Positions 1-9,244 of a stretch of DNA of 64,000 nucleotides are shown piece by piece. Source of the stretch: an uncultured delta proteobacterium (GTDB lineage Bacteria; Desulfobacterota; WTBG01; CAIYCZ01; CAIRTM01); the NCBI GenBank assembly GCA_903911225.1, contig CAIWCT010000037.1, positions 2,450-66,449 of the forward strand, written 5' to 3'. Below the pieces are notes generated by a model. The model was not told the origin of the DNA, ran no database searches, and saw nothing but the letters and a program-made list of their open reading frames with translations. Positions within the stretch are counted from its first letter, which is position 1, and every line of letters begins with the position of its first letter. Both the position numbers and the translations under genes were made by a program.

Positions 1-915
1 GTTGACTATAATGCGCCCGGCGGACTGATTGTAAAATTAAACAATGTTTTTACCGATGCCGAGGATCCTTACGGAGCCCCGAATCAATTCGGCCTGGGCC
101 GCAAAACAAAGCGCTGGACGGATGATTGTGCATCCACAGTAGGATTCATGTTCAGCGACAGGTTTAAAGTGCTCACGTTTTATAATTTTTTCAAGCAGCG
201 GTACGACAGCAAACTCGATTTTACCCAAAACTCTACTACCATGGAAGCAGGCGTGGGCTGCGAAACAAAGGTGGCGGAGAAGACCTGGCTGTTTCTTCGG
301 TATTATGCCGGACAACAGAGTTATGATACGCACCGCGCAGGCATTACCAGTTCAAATGACGCCTCTTACGGCTGGAAAAAAGTCAAAACCGGCCTTGCAT
401 GGGACTCGGAAGCGCGCTTTCAAGGCGAGTTAAATGTCGGCTATCAGTGGTACAGCTTTGATAACAGCCATGACAAAAACAATCAACCCTATAACAACAC
501 AAGCAGCTGGGTGGCAGACACTTCGGTCAGTTACCTGCAGACGGCAACCCGAACATTCACCGTATCTCTTTTAAGAAATTTTCAGCAACTGGGAGCGGGC
601 CAGAGTGGCGGTTATACAAACACGGCTTTAGGTATTGGCATGCAGCAGACAATCATGTCCAGATATTTGCTTGGTGCCAGATACGGGTATTCCAGAGACA
701 AGTACAGTTCGACAGATAACAGAAAAGACCCCATTCACAGGGTGGACCTTTCGTTCAGATACCTGCTTTCAGACTGGCTTGCAGCAGGCTTTGGTTACAG
801 TTTTAATAAAAACAACTCCAATATTTCCGGCGACAGATATACGGACAACCAGTTCAGTATCACCCTTGATATGAACCCCGGTTTTTTGCATAATGACATC
901 GGGTACTGGCAATAA
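1..915 (+). CDS. Outer-membrane beta-barrel protein of polysaccharide-export loci (5' end lies outside the window)
   Basis: Frame 1 is open from base 1, with no stop before the listed ORF at 148, so the gene is truncated by the window edge. It has alternating strand-like segments rich in Y/G/N/S/D (RVDLSFRYLL, GFGYSFNKNN). It sits directly upstream of the Wza-like and Wzc-like genes. Confidence 0.5.
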   Translation, partial: VDYNAPGGLIVKLNNVFTDAEDPYGAPNQFGLGRKTKRWTDDCASTVGFMFSDRFKVLTFYNFFKQRYDSKLDFTQNSTTMEAGVGCETKVAEKTWLFLRYYAGQQSYDTHRAGITSSNDASYGWKKVKTGLAWDSEARFQGELNVGYQWYSFDNSHDKNNQPYNNTSSWVADTSVSYLQTATRTFTVSLLRNFQQLGAGQSGGYTNTALGIGMQQTIMSRYLLGARYGYSRDKYSSTDNRKDPIHRVDLSFRYLLSDWLAAGFGYSFNKNNSNISGDRYTDNQFSITLDMNPGFLHNDIGYWQ

Positions 916-1102
916 AAATGAATCATGCATTGCAAGGCGGTATGTGTGCCTGCGCCGAGCATTTTTTCTGCATCCATTTACAGTGGCTGTCCTCTCGACC
1001 GCAAGGAAGAGAGCTGATGTTTATGGCCGTAACAATGAACAATAAATTTTATGCGGCGGATACTACAGGGGCATTTGCCGTGATTTTGCCAGGAGGAAAT
1101 CA

Positions 1103-2176
1103 ATGAGAATACAAAACAGGCCCGGATATTTTTTTTGCTGCCTGCTGCTGCTTGCTCTTTCCGGCTGCAGCGCAACTGGCGGCGATATTGTAAAGATCAG
1201 CAGTGTTCCTGAAAATGCTTCTGAATCAGGCCTTAAAGCTGCCGACCGCGCCAGGCTGGAAGAAATACAGAAAACTTCTTCTGAAAATAACGGGGCAGGC
1301 ACCGGACTCAGCAGCGTCATAACGGATAAGGCTCGCAATCTGACCATAGCAGAATACCTGCGCCAGTATCCCAACGCCAGTGGGGCAGGAGCCGGAGAGT
1401 ATACCGTCGGGCCGCATGATGTGCTGAGCATCACGGTCTATGATGAGCAAGATTTTTCAAGCCCTGCGCTGCGCGTTTCAGTCGACGGGTACATCTCCTT
1501 CCCTCTTATCGGCAGGATCAAGGTCAATGGCCTCACCACAGCGCAGATAGAGGCGCTCATTACCCGCAGGCTTGGCGAAGGTCAGATTCTGCTCAATGCC
1601 CATGTGGCGGTGCGGATAGCGGAATGCAACAGCAAGCGGTATCTGGTGATGGGTTCGGTGCAAAGTCCCGGCAGCTATCCGCTTGCCGAAAACGAGAGGG
1701 TTTTAGATGCCATATCAAAGGCAAACGGCATAACCAAGGGCGAGAAAGGTGCCAGCAGAAAGGCGAAAATCGTGCGCACGGTTCATGCCGGCACGGCTCA
1801 AGAAGAGCAGTTGGTCATAGACTTGGATTTGCAAAGCATGCAGCAGGGCACAAGCAGGCAGGCAAATATCTTTATGCAGGATAAAGACACGCTGTTTATA
1901 CCTATGCCGGAAAAATTTTACATACTGGGCGAAGTTAAAAGGCCCGGGGACTATCCTCTGTCTGAGAGTGATATAACACTTATTGAGGGCATTGGCCTTG
2001 CCGGCGGGTTTACCAATATTGCGGCGCGCAACAGTACAAGAATTATCCGCACGGAAAACGGACGGCAAAAGATTATCCGGGTCAGGGTTGATGCCATAAC
2101 CGATTCAGGCAGGCAGCTGCGCGAAATTATCCTGCAGCCAAACGATATCATCATTGTGCCGCAAAGCTTTTTTTAG
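1103..2176 (+). CDS. wza: Polysaccharide export outer-membrane lipoprotein (Wza / Poly_export + SLBB family)
   Basis: Lipoprotein signal LLLLALSGCSA. Poly_export-type core: PHDVLSITVYDEQDFS...VSVDGYISFPLIGRIKVNGLTTAQIEALI. Repeated SLBB-like segments (YLVMGSV..PGSYPL, FYILGEVKRPGDYPL). AGGAGG RBS at 1091. Confidence 0.9.
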   Translation: MRIQNRPGYFFCCLLLLALSGCSATGGDIVKISSVPENASESGLKAADRARLEEIQKTSSENNGAGTGLSSVITDKARNLTIAEYLRQYPNASGAGAGEYTVGPHDVLSITVYDEQDFSSPALRVSVDGYISFPLIGRIKVNGLTTAQIEALITRRLGEGQILLNAHVAVRIAECNSKRYLVMGSVQSPGSYPLAENERVLDAISKANGITKGEKGASRKAKIVRTVHAGTAQEEQLVIDLDLQSMQQGTSRQANIFMQDKDTLFIPMPEKFYILGEVKRPGDYPLSESDITLIEGIGLAGGFTNIAARNSTRIIRTENGRQKIIRVRVDAITDSGRQLREIILQPNDIIIVPQSFF

Positions 2177-2365
2177 TGATGGGTGTATGGATGCAATCCT
2201 CCCCGGCGGACAAGACTAAAGCCGGTGGTGATTAAAATCCACGATTCAAGATAAAGTCACATCGCGCTAAAGCAGTGAAATGTGCATGGTTGGTTGTTAG
2301 TCTTGTCCGTCGCGGCGGATTAAATTTTTCTCCCATAGCTGATTTTTATTTTTGGAGTCAATAAA

Positions 2366-4618
2366 ATGGAAAACAACAGCAAAATTACGGGCAGCCGGGG
2401 CTCGATGCATATCGAGCAAAATATCGATATTTATGATTATGTTAGAATGATCATTAAGCACCGGTGGGTTGTCCTCTCCGTTTTCAGCCTTATTGTTGGG
2501 GCCGTGCTGCTCTACTGCCTTACGGCAACCCCCATTTATCAGGCTACCATCGGCATCATCATCGATAAGGAGGAAAACGATCCGGGGACACTGCAGGCTG
2601 CTGTGTTTGCCGATACCTCTGGCATCGAGTACTATCAGACCATGTATAAGATACTGGAGAGCCGGTCGGTTGCCTACAATGTCATAGAGCGCCTGAAGCT
2701 TGCTGAAAATGCAGATTTCTTCCGCCGGGCCGATAGAATGGATACGGATAATGCCTCCGCGCAGGCAAACCCTAAAGATGCATTGATCGGGACTTTTCTT
2801 GCAAATCTGAAGATCATGCCGATTAAGAACAGCCATTATGTCAATATCTGCTATCAGTCAAAAAATCCGGTGCTGGCTGCCACTATTGCCAATGCCATGG
2901 TCGAAGCCTATCGCGAGCATGCCTTTGCCATGAAACTTGACTCTATTCAGAACTCGGCGCAGTGGCTCAATGACAATATGGCCCAGGAGCGCAAGAAGGT
3001 TGAAGACGCAGAGCGGGCACTGTTGAACTTCCGCGAGAAAAACAATATCGTTATGGATTTTTCAGGCGAAACGGAAACTATAACCGCACAGAAGCTGACC
3101 AAGCTCACTTACGATGTTGCCGACGCGGAAGCCGCCCGTGCCGAGGTGGAAACCCGCTATAAGCAGGCTGTGGCTGCTACAGGCAATCAGGACATGCTCG
3201 ACTCGCTTCCCGTTGTGCTCAGCGACAGCCTGATAGGGGAAATGAAGACCCAGGAGGTCGGGCTCGTGCAGCGCAAATCAGAGCTGTCGAAAAAATACGG
3301 CATGCAGCATCCCCAGATGCTTGCACTGCAATCCGAGATGAAATCTCTACAGGTGAAAAAAGAGCAGCAGGTGCAGCGCATTATCGAATCCCTGAACAAT
3401 ATTTATCAGGAAGCCCTTGCCAAGGAAAAATCCCTTAAGGCGGCCCTTGAGGCTCAAAAAGGCGCGGCTTTCAGCCTGAACAAAAATGCGATTGAATATA
3501 CCGGCCTGTACTGCGAGTCCGAAGGCGCCAAGGCCATGTATGCACTGCTGCTGAAGCGGTTCAAGGAAACCTCGGTTACTGAAAACCTGAAAATCGGCAA
3601 TATCCGCGTAGTCGACAAGGCCGAGACGCCGCTTGTGCCGATCAAGCCCCAAAAACTGCGCACTATGCTTTTAGCGATTATTTTCGGCCTCGGCGCGGCA
3701 TTTGGCGTGGCATTTCTGCTGGAATACATTGATGATGCCATGAATACCCCCGAGGATATTAATCAGCAACTGCACATTCCGTTTCTCGGCATTATTCCGC
3801 TGCGCCAGCAGAAAGGGCCTACTCCTGAAGATGCAGAAACCGGGCCTCCCGGGCTTGAGTCCTTCTCTTCACCACGCTCCCCTACCACGGAGGCCTATCG
3901 CGGCATACGTACAAATATTTTCTATTCGCTTCCGGAGGCAGAGCCGCAGGTGATTCTTGTGACCAGCACACTTGCTCAGGAGGGCAAAACCACCTGTGCA
4001 ACCAATATAGCTATTACCATGGCCCAGTTTGGATACCGGGTGGCCCTGCTTGACTGCGACTTTCACCGGCCCCAAATCCGCAAGATTTTTGCCATTGCGC
4101 AGGAAGACGGTATGACCAATCTCCTTGTGGGCAATAAAAAAATTGATGATGTCGTGTGCACCACGGAAGTGCCCAACCTTTATGTGATCCCCTCCGGGCC
4201 TATTCCTCCCAATCCTTCTGAAATACTCGGATCAACAAAAATGCAGGCGCTGGTGGAAGAGCTTAAGCAGAAATACGATAAGATTATCATTGATTCCGCG
4301 CCCATTGGAGCAGTAACCGATTCGCTGATGATCTCGCGTTCGGTTGACGGTATTGTCTTTATCGTGCGCGCAGGCTCAACGCCAAGAAAAATCGCCGGAA
4401 ACGCAGTGGGAGCGCTCAAGGGTATCGGCGCTACGGTGCTTGGCGCGGTAATCAACGGCCTTGACACCCATAAAGCCGGTTATCATTACTATTCCAATTA
4501 TCCTTACCATTATGGCCACTACTCTTATGGGGACGATGCCGATAGGTTCGAGCCGCAGGGTCTTGGAAAACAGCTTACGTCCATTTCGCGCAAAGTGAGA
4601 AGGATGTTTTTGGGATGA
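2366..4618 (+). CDS. wzc: Polysaccharide co-polymerase / tyrosine autokinase (Wzc/GumC/EpsG-like)
   Basis: N-terminal Wzz-type domain with a TM helix and a long coiled-coil region. Second TM helix (LLAIIFGLGAAFGVAFLL). P-loop TSTLAQEGKTTCATNIA and a DxD region. Tyr-rich C-terminal tail GYHYYSNYPYHYGHYSYG. Confidence 0.9.
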   Translation: MENNSKITGSRGSMHIEQNIDIYDYVRMIIKHRWVVLSVFSLIVGAVLLYCLTATPIYQATIGIIIDKEENDPGTLQAAVFADTSGIEYYQTMYKILESRSVAYNVIERLKLAENADFFRRADRMDTDNASAQANPKDALIGTFLANLKIMPIKNSHYVNICYQSKNPVLAATIANAMVEAYREHAFAMKLDSIQNSAQWLNDNMAQERKKVEDAERALLNFREKNNIVMDFSGETETITAQKLTKLTYDVADAEAARAEVETRYKQAVAATGNQDMLDSLPVVLSDSLIGEMKTQEVGLVQRKSELSKKYGMQHPQMLALQSEMKSLQVKKEQQVQRIIESLNNIYQEALAKEKSLKAALEAQKGAAFSLNKNAIEYTGLYCESEGAKAMYALLLKRFKETSVTENLKIGNIRVVDKAETPLVPIKPQKLRTMLLAIIFGLGAAFGVAFLLEYIDDAMNTPEDINQQLHIPFLGIIPLRQQKGPTPEDAETGPPGLESFSSPRSPTTEAYRGIRTNIFYSLPEAEPQVILVTSTLAQEGKTTCATNIAITMAQFGYRVALLDCDFHRPQIRKIFAIAQEDGMTNLLVGNKKIDDVVCTTEVPNLYVIPSGPIPPNPSEILGSTKMQALVEELKQKYDKIIIDSAPIGAVTDSLMISRSVDGIVFIVRAGSTPRKIAGNAVGALKGIGATVLGAVINGLDTHKAGYHYYSNYPYHYGHYSYGDDADRFEPQGLGKQLTSISRKVRRMFLG

Positions 4619-4803
4619 CAGGTTAGAGGTTTTTACCTGAACCATATCACCCGTATTTTTCTCTGGAGGTATAACAACCTGTAACCAATAGGCCACGGCT
4701 GACCATGCGCATCACTTCGGGCAATGGGAAAGTTTTAAGTCTTGCATTATGATTTTTTTTCATTAACAACAAAAAATCAACTCTTCGCGACCAGAAATTT
4801 ATC

Positions 4804-5772
4804 ATGAACAATTTTGCTTTGATCGGAGCAGCCGGGTTCATTGCCCCGCGCCATATGCAGGCCATTAAAGATACGGGCAATAATCTTGCCGTGGCGCTGG
4901 ACAAGCATGACAGCGTCGGCATCCTTGATCGATACTTCCCCGATGCCGCTTTCTTCACCGAGTTCGAGCGGTTCGACCGGCATGTGGAGAAACTGCGACG
5001 CGGGCCGTCCGACCGGCACATCAGCTATGTCAGCATCTGCTCGCCCAATTATCTCCATGACGCCCACATCCGTTTCGCCCTTCGCGTCCACGCCGACGCG
5101 ATCTGTGAGAAGCCCCTGGTCCTTGAGCCGTGGAATGTCGACGCGCTGGCCGAGCTTGAAAAGGAAAGCGGTCGCCGCATCAACTCCATTCTACAGTTGC
5201 GACTGCATCCGGCAATTATGGCCCTGCGGGAAAAGGTTGCTGCGACCGGTGACAAAATTCATAACATCGATCTGACGTATATCACTTCGCGCGGCCGGTG
5301 GTATCTTGCCTCCTGGAAGGGCAATGATCAAAAGTCCGGTGGGGTTGCCATGAATATCGGGGTCCATTTTTTCGATATGCTGCTGTGGATATTCGGCCCG
5401 GTCGTCAGAAACACAGTTCACCTGCTGGGGCCCATATGTGCGGCAGGCTATCTGGAACTGCAGCGGGCGCGGGTGCGGTGGTTTCTATCTGTTGATGCCG
5501 GCGACCTGCCGAAGGCCGCGTTGCAGCAGGGTATAACCACCCAGCGGGCGCTTATACTGAACGGTGAGGAGTTTGAGTTTTCCGAGGGCTTCACCGACCT
5601 TCATAAAAAAAGCTATGAGCATATTCTTGCAGGGCAGGGCTTCGGCATCCCCGATATCCGCCCGTCCATTGAGCTTGTCCATGATATACGCAATGCACCT
5701 AAAGCCGGGCTTACCGGGGATTATCACCCAATGGCCTTTGGCAAGACAGAAGTAAATAGTTGCAATTTGTAA
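4804..5772 (+). CDS. wbpB: Gfo/Idh/MocA oxidoreductase, WbpB-like UDP-N-acetyl-glucosaminuronate 3-dehydrogenase
   Basis: N-terminus NFALIGAAGFIAPRHMQAIKDTGN. Also YVSICSPNYLH, EKPL and ITSRGRWYLASWKGNDQKSGG. These match my recollection of WbpB/WlbA-type enzymes. A WbpD-like gene follows. Confidence 0.8.
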   Translation: MNNFALIGAAGFIAPRHMQAIKDTGNNLAVALDKHDSVGILDRYFPDAAFFTEFERFDRHVEKLRRGPSDRHISYVSICSPNYLHDAHIRFALRVHADAICEKPLVLEPWNVDALAELEKESGRRINSILQLRLHPAIMALREKVAATGDKIHNIDLTYITSRGRWYLASWKGNDQKSGGVAMNIGVHFFDMLLWIFGPVVRNTVHLLGPICAAGYLELQRARVRWFLSVDAGDLPKAALQQGITTQRALILNGEEFEFSEGFTDLHKKSYEHILAGQGFGIPDIRPSIELVHDIRNAPKAGLTGDYHPMAFGKTEVNSCNL

Positions 5773-5838
5773 GAGTAGAAGGTTAGAGGCTTGGATGTTC
5801 AGAAGCGTTCAAGTCTTTTGCTTATCATCTAACCTTCA

Positions 5839-5890
5839 AATCATCCAATCATCTAGCTGGAAGGTGATAGTGTTGGATGATTAATTTTTT
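5839..5890 (+). terminator. Stem-loop followed by a T-run after the wbpB-like gene (candidate terminator)
   Basis: AATCATCCAA (5839-5848) pairs perfectly with TTGGATGATT (5873-5882), followed by AATTTTTT. A second 10-bp stem-loop precedes it (5778-5787 with 5828-5837). Confidence 0.4.
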
Positions 5891-5931
5891 GCTGCTAGAG
5901 AAACCTCCAAACATCACATGAGCGAAACTTC

Positions 5932-6675
5932 ATGAACACAGTCAACTCTTCACCATCTTATTTTAAGCATGAATCAGCCTATGTTGACGATGGCGCCGAG
6001 ATCGGCGCTGGAACCAAGATCTGGCACTTCTGCCATATTATGAAGGATGCAAAAATCGGGCAGCGCTGCGTCTTCGGGCAGAACGTGAACGTTGATGGGG
6101 GGGTCGTGATCGGCAACAACGTAAAAGTTCAGAATAATGTTTCCATTTACACCGGCATTATCATAGAAGACGATGTTTTTCTCGGGCCCTCCTGCGTATT
6201 GACCAATGTCACCAATCCCCGCAGCCAGATAAGCAGGCGCAGCCTTTACGAAAAGACAATTATCCGGCGCGGGGCCACTATCGGCGCCAATGCCACTGTG
6301 GTCTGCGGCATTACCATTGGCAGATATGCCTTTATTGCCGCCGGAGCTGTGGTGGCAAAAGATGTGCCCGACTACGGCCTCATGATGGGCGCACCTGCCC
6401 GACACAAAGGCTGGATGAGCAGGCACGGCCATATTTTGAAAAATCCTGATACGGACGGCATCATGGTCTGCCCTGAATCCGGCATGAGGTATCAGTTGGT
6501 AATTCAAGATTCAAGATTCAAGATTCAAGATTTGCAACAACCAACGACCAAGGACCAAATGTTTCCGATCTCCGGGTTCCTTCTCCGTTGCCTCGATCTG
6601 GACGAAGAGGCTCTTCTGCCCCCGGAGCTGGCCGTCGGTAAAGAGTTTTATGATGAATTCAAGCAGAATCGTTGA
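5932..6675 (+). CDS. wbpD: Left-handed beta-helix N-acetyltransferase, WbpD/WlbB-like, with an in-frame low-complexity insertion near the C-terminus
   Basis: Hexapeptide repeats (GAEIGAGTKIWHFCHI, GQRCVFGQNVNV, GNNVKVQNNVSI). C-terminal GWMSRHGH...CPESGMRYQLV ... LRCLDLDEEALLP. These two conserved tail pieces are separated by a repeat-derived segment (see findings). Confidence 0.75.
   Translation: MNTVNSSPSYFKHESAYVDDGAEIGAGTKIWHFCHIMKDAKIGQRCVFGQNVNVDGGVVIGNNVKVQNNVSIYTGIIIEDDVFLGPSCVLTNVTNPRSQISRRSLYEKTIIRRGATIGANATVVCGITIGRYAFIAAGAVVAKDVPDYGLMMGAPARHKGWMSRHGHILKNPDTDGIMVCPESGMRYQLVIQDSRFKIQDLQQPTTKDQMFPISGFLLRCLDLDEEALLPPELAVGKEFYDEFKQNR
6502..6532. repeat. Tandem heptanucleotide repeat (ATTCAAG) x4.4 inside the wbpD-like CDS
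   Basis: Read directly: attcaag attcaag attcaag attcaag att at 6502-6532. Confidence 0.95.
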
Positions 6676-6698
6676 CCGTTCACCGTTGATTTTCCATA

Positions 6699-6992
6699 GC
6701 CCTTTCCGGCAGTTTTTATGTTGTCATAGATGACGGGTTGGGGGCAGGGCAGGTTTACCACCTCAATCGTTTCTATAAGGGGCTCCATGTCCACAGAAAG
6801 ACCCAGAGACAATTACGCCATTTTTCGACCAATTCAGTCGCATTTATACTGGCGTCCCTTCCGTATTAAACTGAAGATTATCTCTATGACTACAAAGAAT
6901 TTTTTAGGGTGATCTCGTGAAACGAAGCACCAACTGCGAAGATTGCCGCATAAATACTTTGGCCTCTATTGAAAGTGGGCGTAAGGGGCGGC
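6699..6992 (+). pseudogene. Decayed duplicate of the junction between the two FdtA/WxcM-like genes (3' half of gene 1 plus the first codons of gene 2)
   Basis: By-eye alignment of 6699-6992 with 10256-10552 shows long identical runs (gccctttccggcagtttt, gatgacgggttgggggcag, caggtttaccacct, cgccatttttcgaccaat, ctggcgtcccttccgtatt, ctgcgaagattgccg). It includes the GTGA stop/start overlap. The homologous frame reads ...DDGLGAGQVYHLNRFYKGL...FILASLPY and then hits a premature stop. The N-terminal half is missing. Confidence 0.8.
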
Positions 6993-7035
6993 CGGCACAT
7001 GACGCATGACAAAAGAAACAATGCAATGATGGCAG

Positions 7036-7887
7036 GTGATATCCGACATGTCTCAGTGGCTTAGTGAATATCCTGGTGCGTGGGTCTCTTCAAAAGCCTC
7101 GCTTGGAGAGAATGTAGCTATCGGAATCGGATCCATTGTATACGACAATGTTTGCGTAGGCGACAATACCAGCATTGAAGAGCACTGTGTGATCGGGAAG
7201 TTCAGTCAGCTGACTAACGGCCCCCTTGTGATCGGTGCCGGTTCGATAATTCGCTCACATACTGTTGTCTACCAAGACAGCATCCTGGCTGAAAGGCTGG
7301 AAACTGGCCACCATGTGGTCATCCGGGAAAGAACAAATGCAGGCATCAATTTGCGCGTCGGTAATTTTTCTGATATTGAGGGAAATTGTTCAATAGGTGA
7401 TTACTGCCGCTGTCACAGCTATGTCCACATAGGCAAGGGGAGCAAACTTGGCCATTTTATCTGGTTGTACTCTCTGACGACTTTGACCAATGACCCCCTG
7501 CCCCCTTCCCGGCTTCATTGTCCCGTTGAAATTCAAGACGGCGCCGTCGTGTGCGTGGGCTCCACAGTGCTGCCCGGGGCCATTCTGGGCCGGGGATGCT
7601 TTATCACCGCCGGGGCCCGGGTTTCGGGCACAATTCAGGATGGGGCCGTGATCACTTCCGACAACTGTGTCGCCGGCCATGTCAGCAACCTGATGCATAT
7701 GGAAACAGCAACGCGCCATCCCTGGATGAACCATTTTATGCAGGTCTATCCTGAGTGTTGCCATGACAGGCTGCGGCAGCTGTCTGCCGACATTATGAGC
7801 ACTAAAAAAAAAATCCGGGCGGCCCATCAGGAATGGCGTAAAACCACCCCCGCCTTGCCCCGTGAGGGCAAAGAGAATCCGCAGTAA
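7036..7887 (+). CDS. Hexapeptide-repeat (LbH) acyltransferase, candidate sugar N-acyltransferase
   Basis: Repeats GENVAIGIGSIVYDNVCVGDNTSIEEHCVIG, GAGSIIRSHTVV and GDYCRCHSYVHIGKGSKLG. The start could instead be the ATG at 7048. An ACP, KASIII and SDR follow. An A10 tract lies at 7804-7813 in the C-terminal tail. Confidence 0.75.
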   Translation: MISDMSQWLSEYPGAWVSSKASLGENVAIGIGSIVYDNVCVGDNTSIEEHCVIGKFSQLTNGPLVIGAGSIIRSHTVVYQDSILAERLETGHHVVIRERTNAGINLRVGNFSDIEGNCSIGDYCRCHSYVHIGKGSKLGHFIWLYSLTTLTNDPLPPSRLHCPVEIQDGAVVCVGSTVLPGAILGRGCFITAGARVSGTIQDGAVITSDNCVAGHVSNLMHMETATRHPWMNHFMQVYPECCHDRLRQLSADIMSTKKKIRAAHQEWRKTTPALPREGKENPQ

Positions 7888-7985
7888 AAAGGCGGCGCAG
7901 CGCTCATGCACCGGGGACGAAAATTTCTCTTCAAATACCCTAGGGGCGCGATTTTTCGAAATCAGAGATGTGGGAGAATCATGGT

Positions 7986-8225
7986 ATGACCTATGAAGAA
8001 CTCAGGCAGCAGATTGCTGAAATCCTGGAAATGGACTTGACGGAGCTTACTGAGCAGACGAGCCGAGACAGCGTTGCAACGTGGGATTCCATGGCGGCGC
8101 TCAGTATTATTTCGCTGCTGGATGATGCATGCGACGATGAAATTACGTCTGATGACATCGGGCGGTTCATATCTTTCAGGGCTATTGTCGAGTTTGCACG
8201 AAACAGGGGGATACTTAAAGGTTGA
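7986..8225 (+). CDS. Acyl carrier protein
   Basis: About 79 aa, acidic. Phosphopantetheine-site-like motif ATWDSMAALSIISLLD. GGGAGA RBS 9 nt upstream of the ATG at 7986. The ORF-track start at 7968 is probably too early. Confidence 0.75.
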   Translation: MTYEELRQQIAEILEMDLTELTEQTSRDSVATWDSMAALSIISLLDDACDDEITSDDIGRFISFRAIVEFARNRGILKG

Positions 8226-9244
8226 TGCACATGCATAAGGCAGTCATTAGCGCTTTGGCCAGCTATCTGCCTGAGCGGGTTCTCACTAACAAGGATCTGG
8301 CCGCTCAGTTCGGAACCTGGACAGCCGAGCAGATTTTTGAAAAAACAGGGATCCGCTCTCGGCACAGGGCGGGTCCGGACGAGTGCGCATCGGACCTGGC
8401 GGTCAAGGCTGCGCAGAAGCTTATTGATTCCGGCCGGCTTGACCCTCAGGAAGTGGATTATCTGCTGTTCTGCACACAGGCTCCGGACCACTATCTTCCA
8501 ACGACTGCATGCCTTATTCAGGACCGTTTAAAACTCCCCCGTTCATGTGGCGCCCTTGACTTCAACCTCGGCTGCTCGGGATACGTTTACGGGCTTTCGT
8601 TAGCTAAGGGCCTCATCGAAAGCAGTCAGGCTCGCTGCGTGCTGCTGCTCACCGCCGAAACATATTCAAAATACATCAACAGCAAAGACCGCTCTGTTTG
8701 CACTGTATTTGGTGACGGCGCAGCAGCGACAGTGCTCAGGGCGGCAGAAGGCGCTGCCGGACTGGATCAGTTTATTTTCGGCTCTGACGGCCGGGGCGGC
8801 AGGAACCTGATCGTCCAGACCGGGGGAATGCGCTGCCAGAGAACTGAAGAAACCGCCCAGGAATCAACCGATGCCGACGGCAATGTCCGCTCTGCAAATG
8901 ATCTGTACATGAACGGTCGCGAGATATTTCTATTCGCCATTCAGGCGGTTCCTGTTACCATTAACAGCCTGCTTGAGAAGGCCGGCCTCGGCAGAGATGA
9001 TATTGATTTCTTTGTTTTCCACCAGGCCACCCGCTATATGCTCGATGAGCTTGTCCGGAAATGCAAATTGCCGCCGGACAGGGTGCCCTATGCCTTCGAG
9101 ATGGTCGGCAATACTGTTTCCTCGACAATTCCCCTTGTTCTCGAGGATCTTATTCTGAGCGGTCGCATCAAAACAGGGCACCGGCTCATGCTTGTAGGTT
9201 TTGGCGTAGGCTATTCCTGGGCCGGAGGTATTGTGCGATGGTAA
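8225..9244 (+). CDS. 3-oxoacyl-ACP synthase III (FabH-like KASIII)
   Basis: YLPERVLTNKDL...EKTGIRSRH. Active-site Cys context NLGCSGYVYGL. FHQATRYM and GNTVSSTIPL motifs (Cys-His-Asn triad). The start overlaps the ACP stop (TGATG). Confidence 0.85.
   Translation: MHMHKAVISALASYLPERVLTNKDLAAQFGTWTAEQIFEKTGIRSRHRAGPDECASDLAVKAAQKLIDSGRLDPQEVDYLLFCTQAPDHYLPTTACLIQDRLKLPRSCGALDFNLGCSGYVYGLSLAKGLIESSQARCVLLLTAETYSKYINSKDRSVCTVFGDGAAATVLRAAEGAAGLDQFIFGSDGRGGRNLIVQTGGMRCQRTEETAQESTDADGNVRSANDLYMNGREIFLFAIQAVPVTINSLLEKAGLGRDDIDFFVFHQATRYMLDELVRKCKLPPDRVPYAFEMVGNTVSSTIPLVLEDLILSGRIKTGHRLMLVGFGVGYSWAGGIVRW

Noticed and set aside
5778-5837. GTTAG...CTAAC hairpins in the glycan locus, considered as possible attC sites
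   Set aside because: The core order is inverted relative to attC (GTTAG lies 5' and CTAAC lies 3'). The stems lack the extrahelical-base pattern. The flanking genes are a coherent operon rather than cassettes.
6502-6532. The tandem heptamer, and the regularly spaced attC-like palindromes, considered as possible CRISPR arrays
   Set aside because: The heptamer unit is only 7 bp and has no spacers. The attC-like sites are imperfect and non-identical, and are separated by 0.4-1 kb of ORFs. No CRISPR array is present in the window.
9061-9237. N-terminal extension of the SDR ORF as listed (start at 9061)
   Set aside because: The extension lies within the KASIII coding region in another frame. The Rossmann motif begins just after the ATG at 9238, which overlaps the KASIII stop in a typical coupled arrangement.
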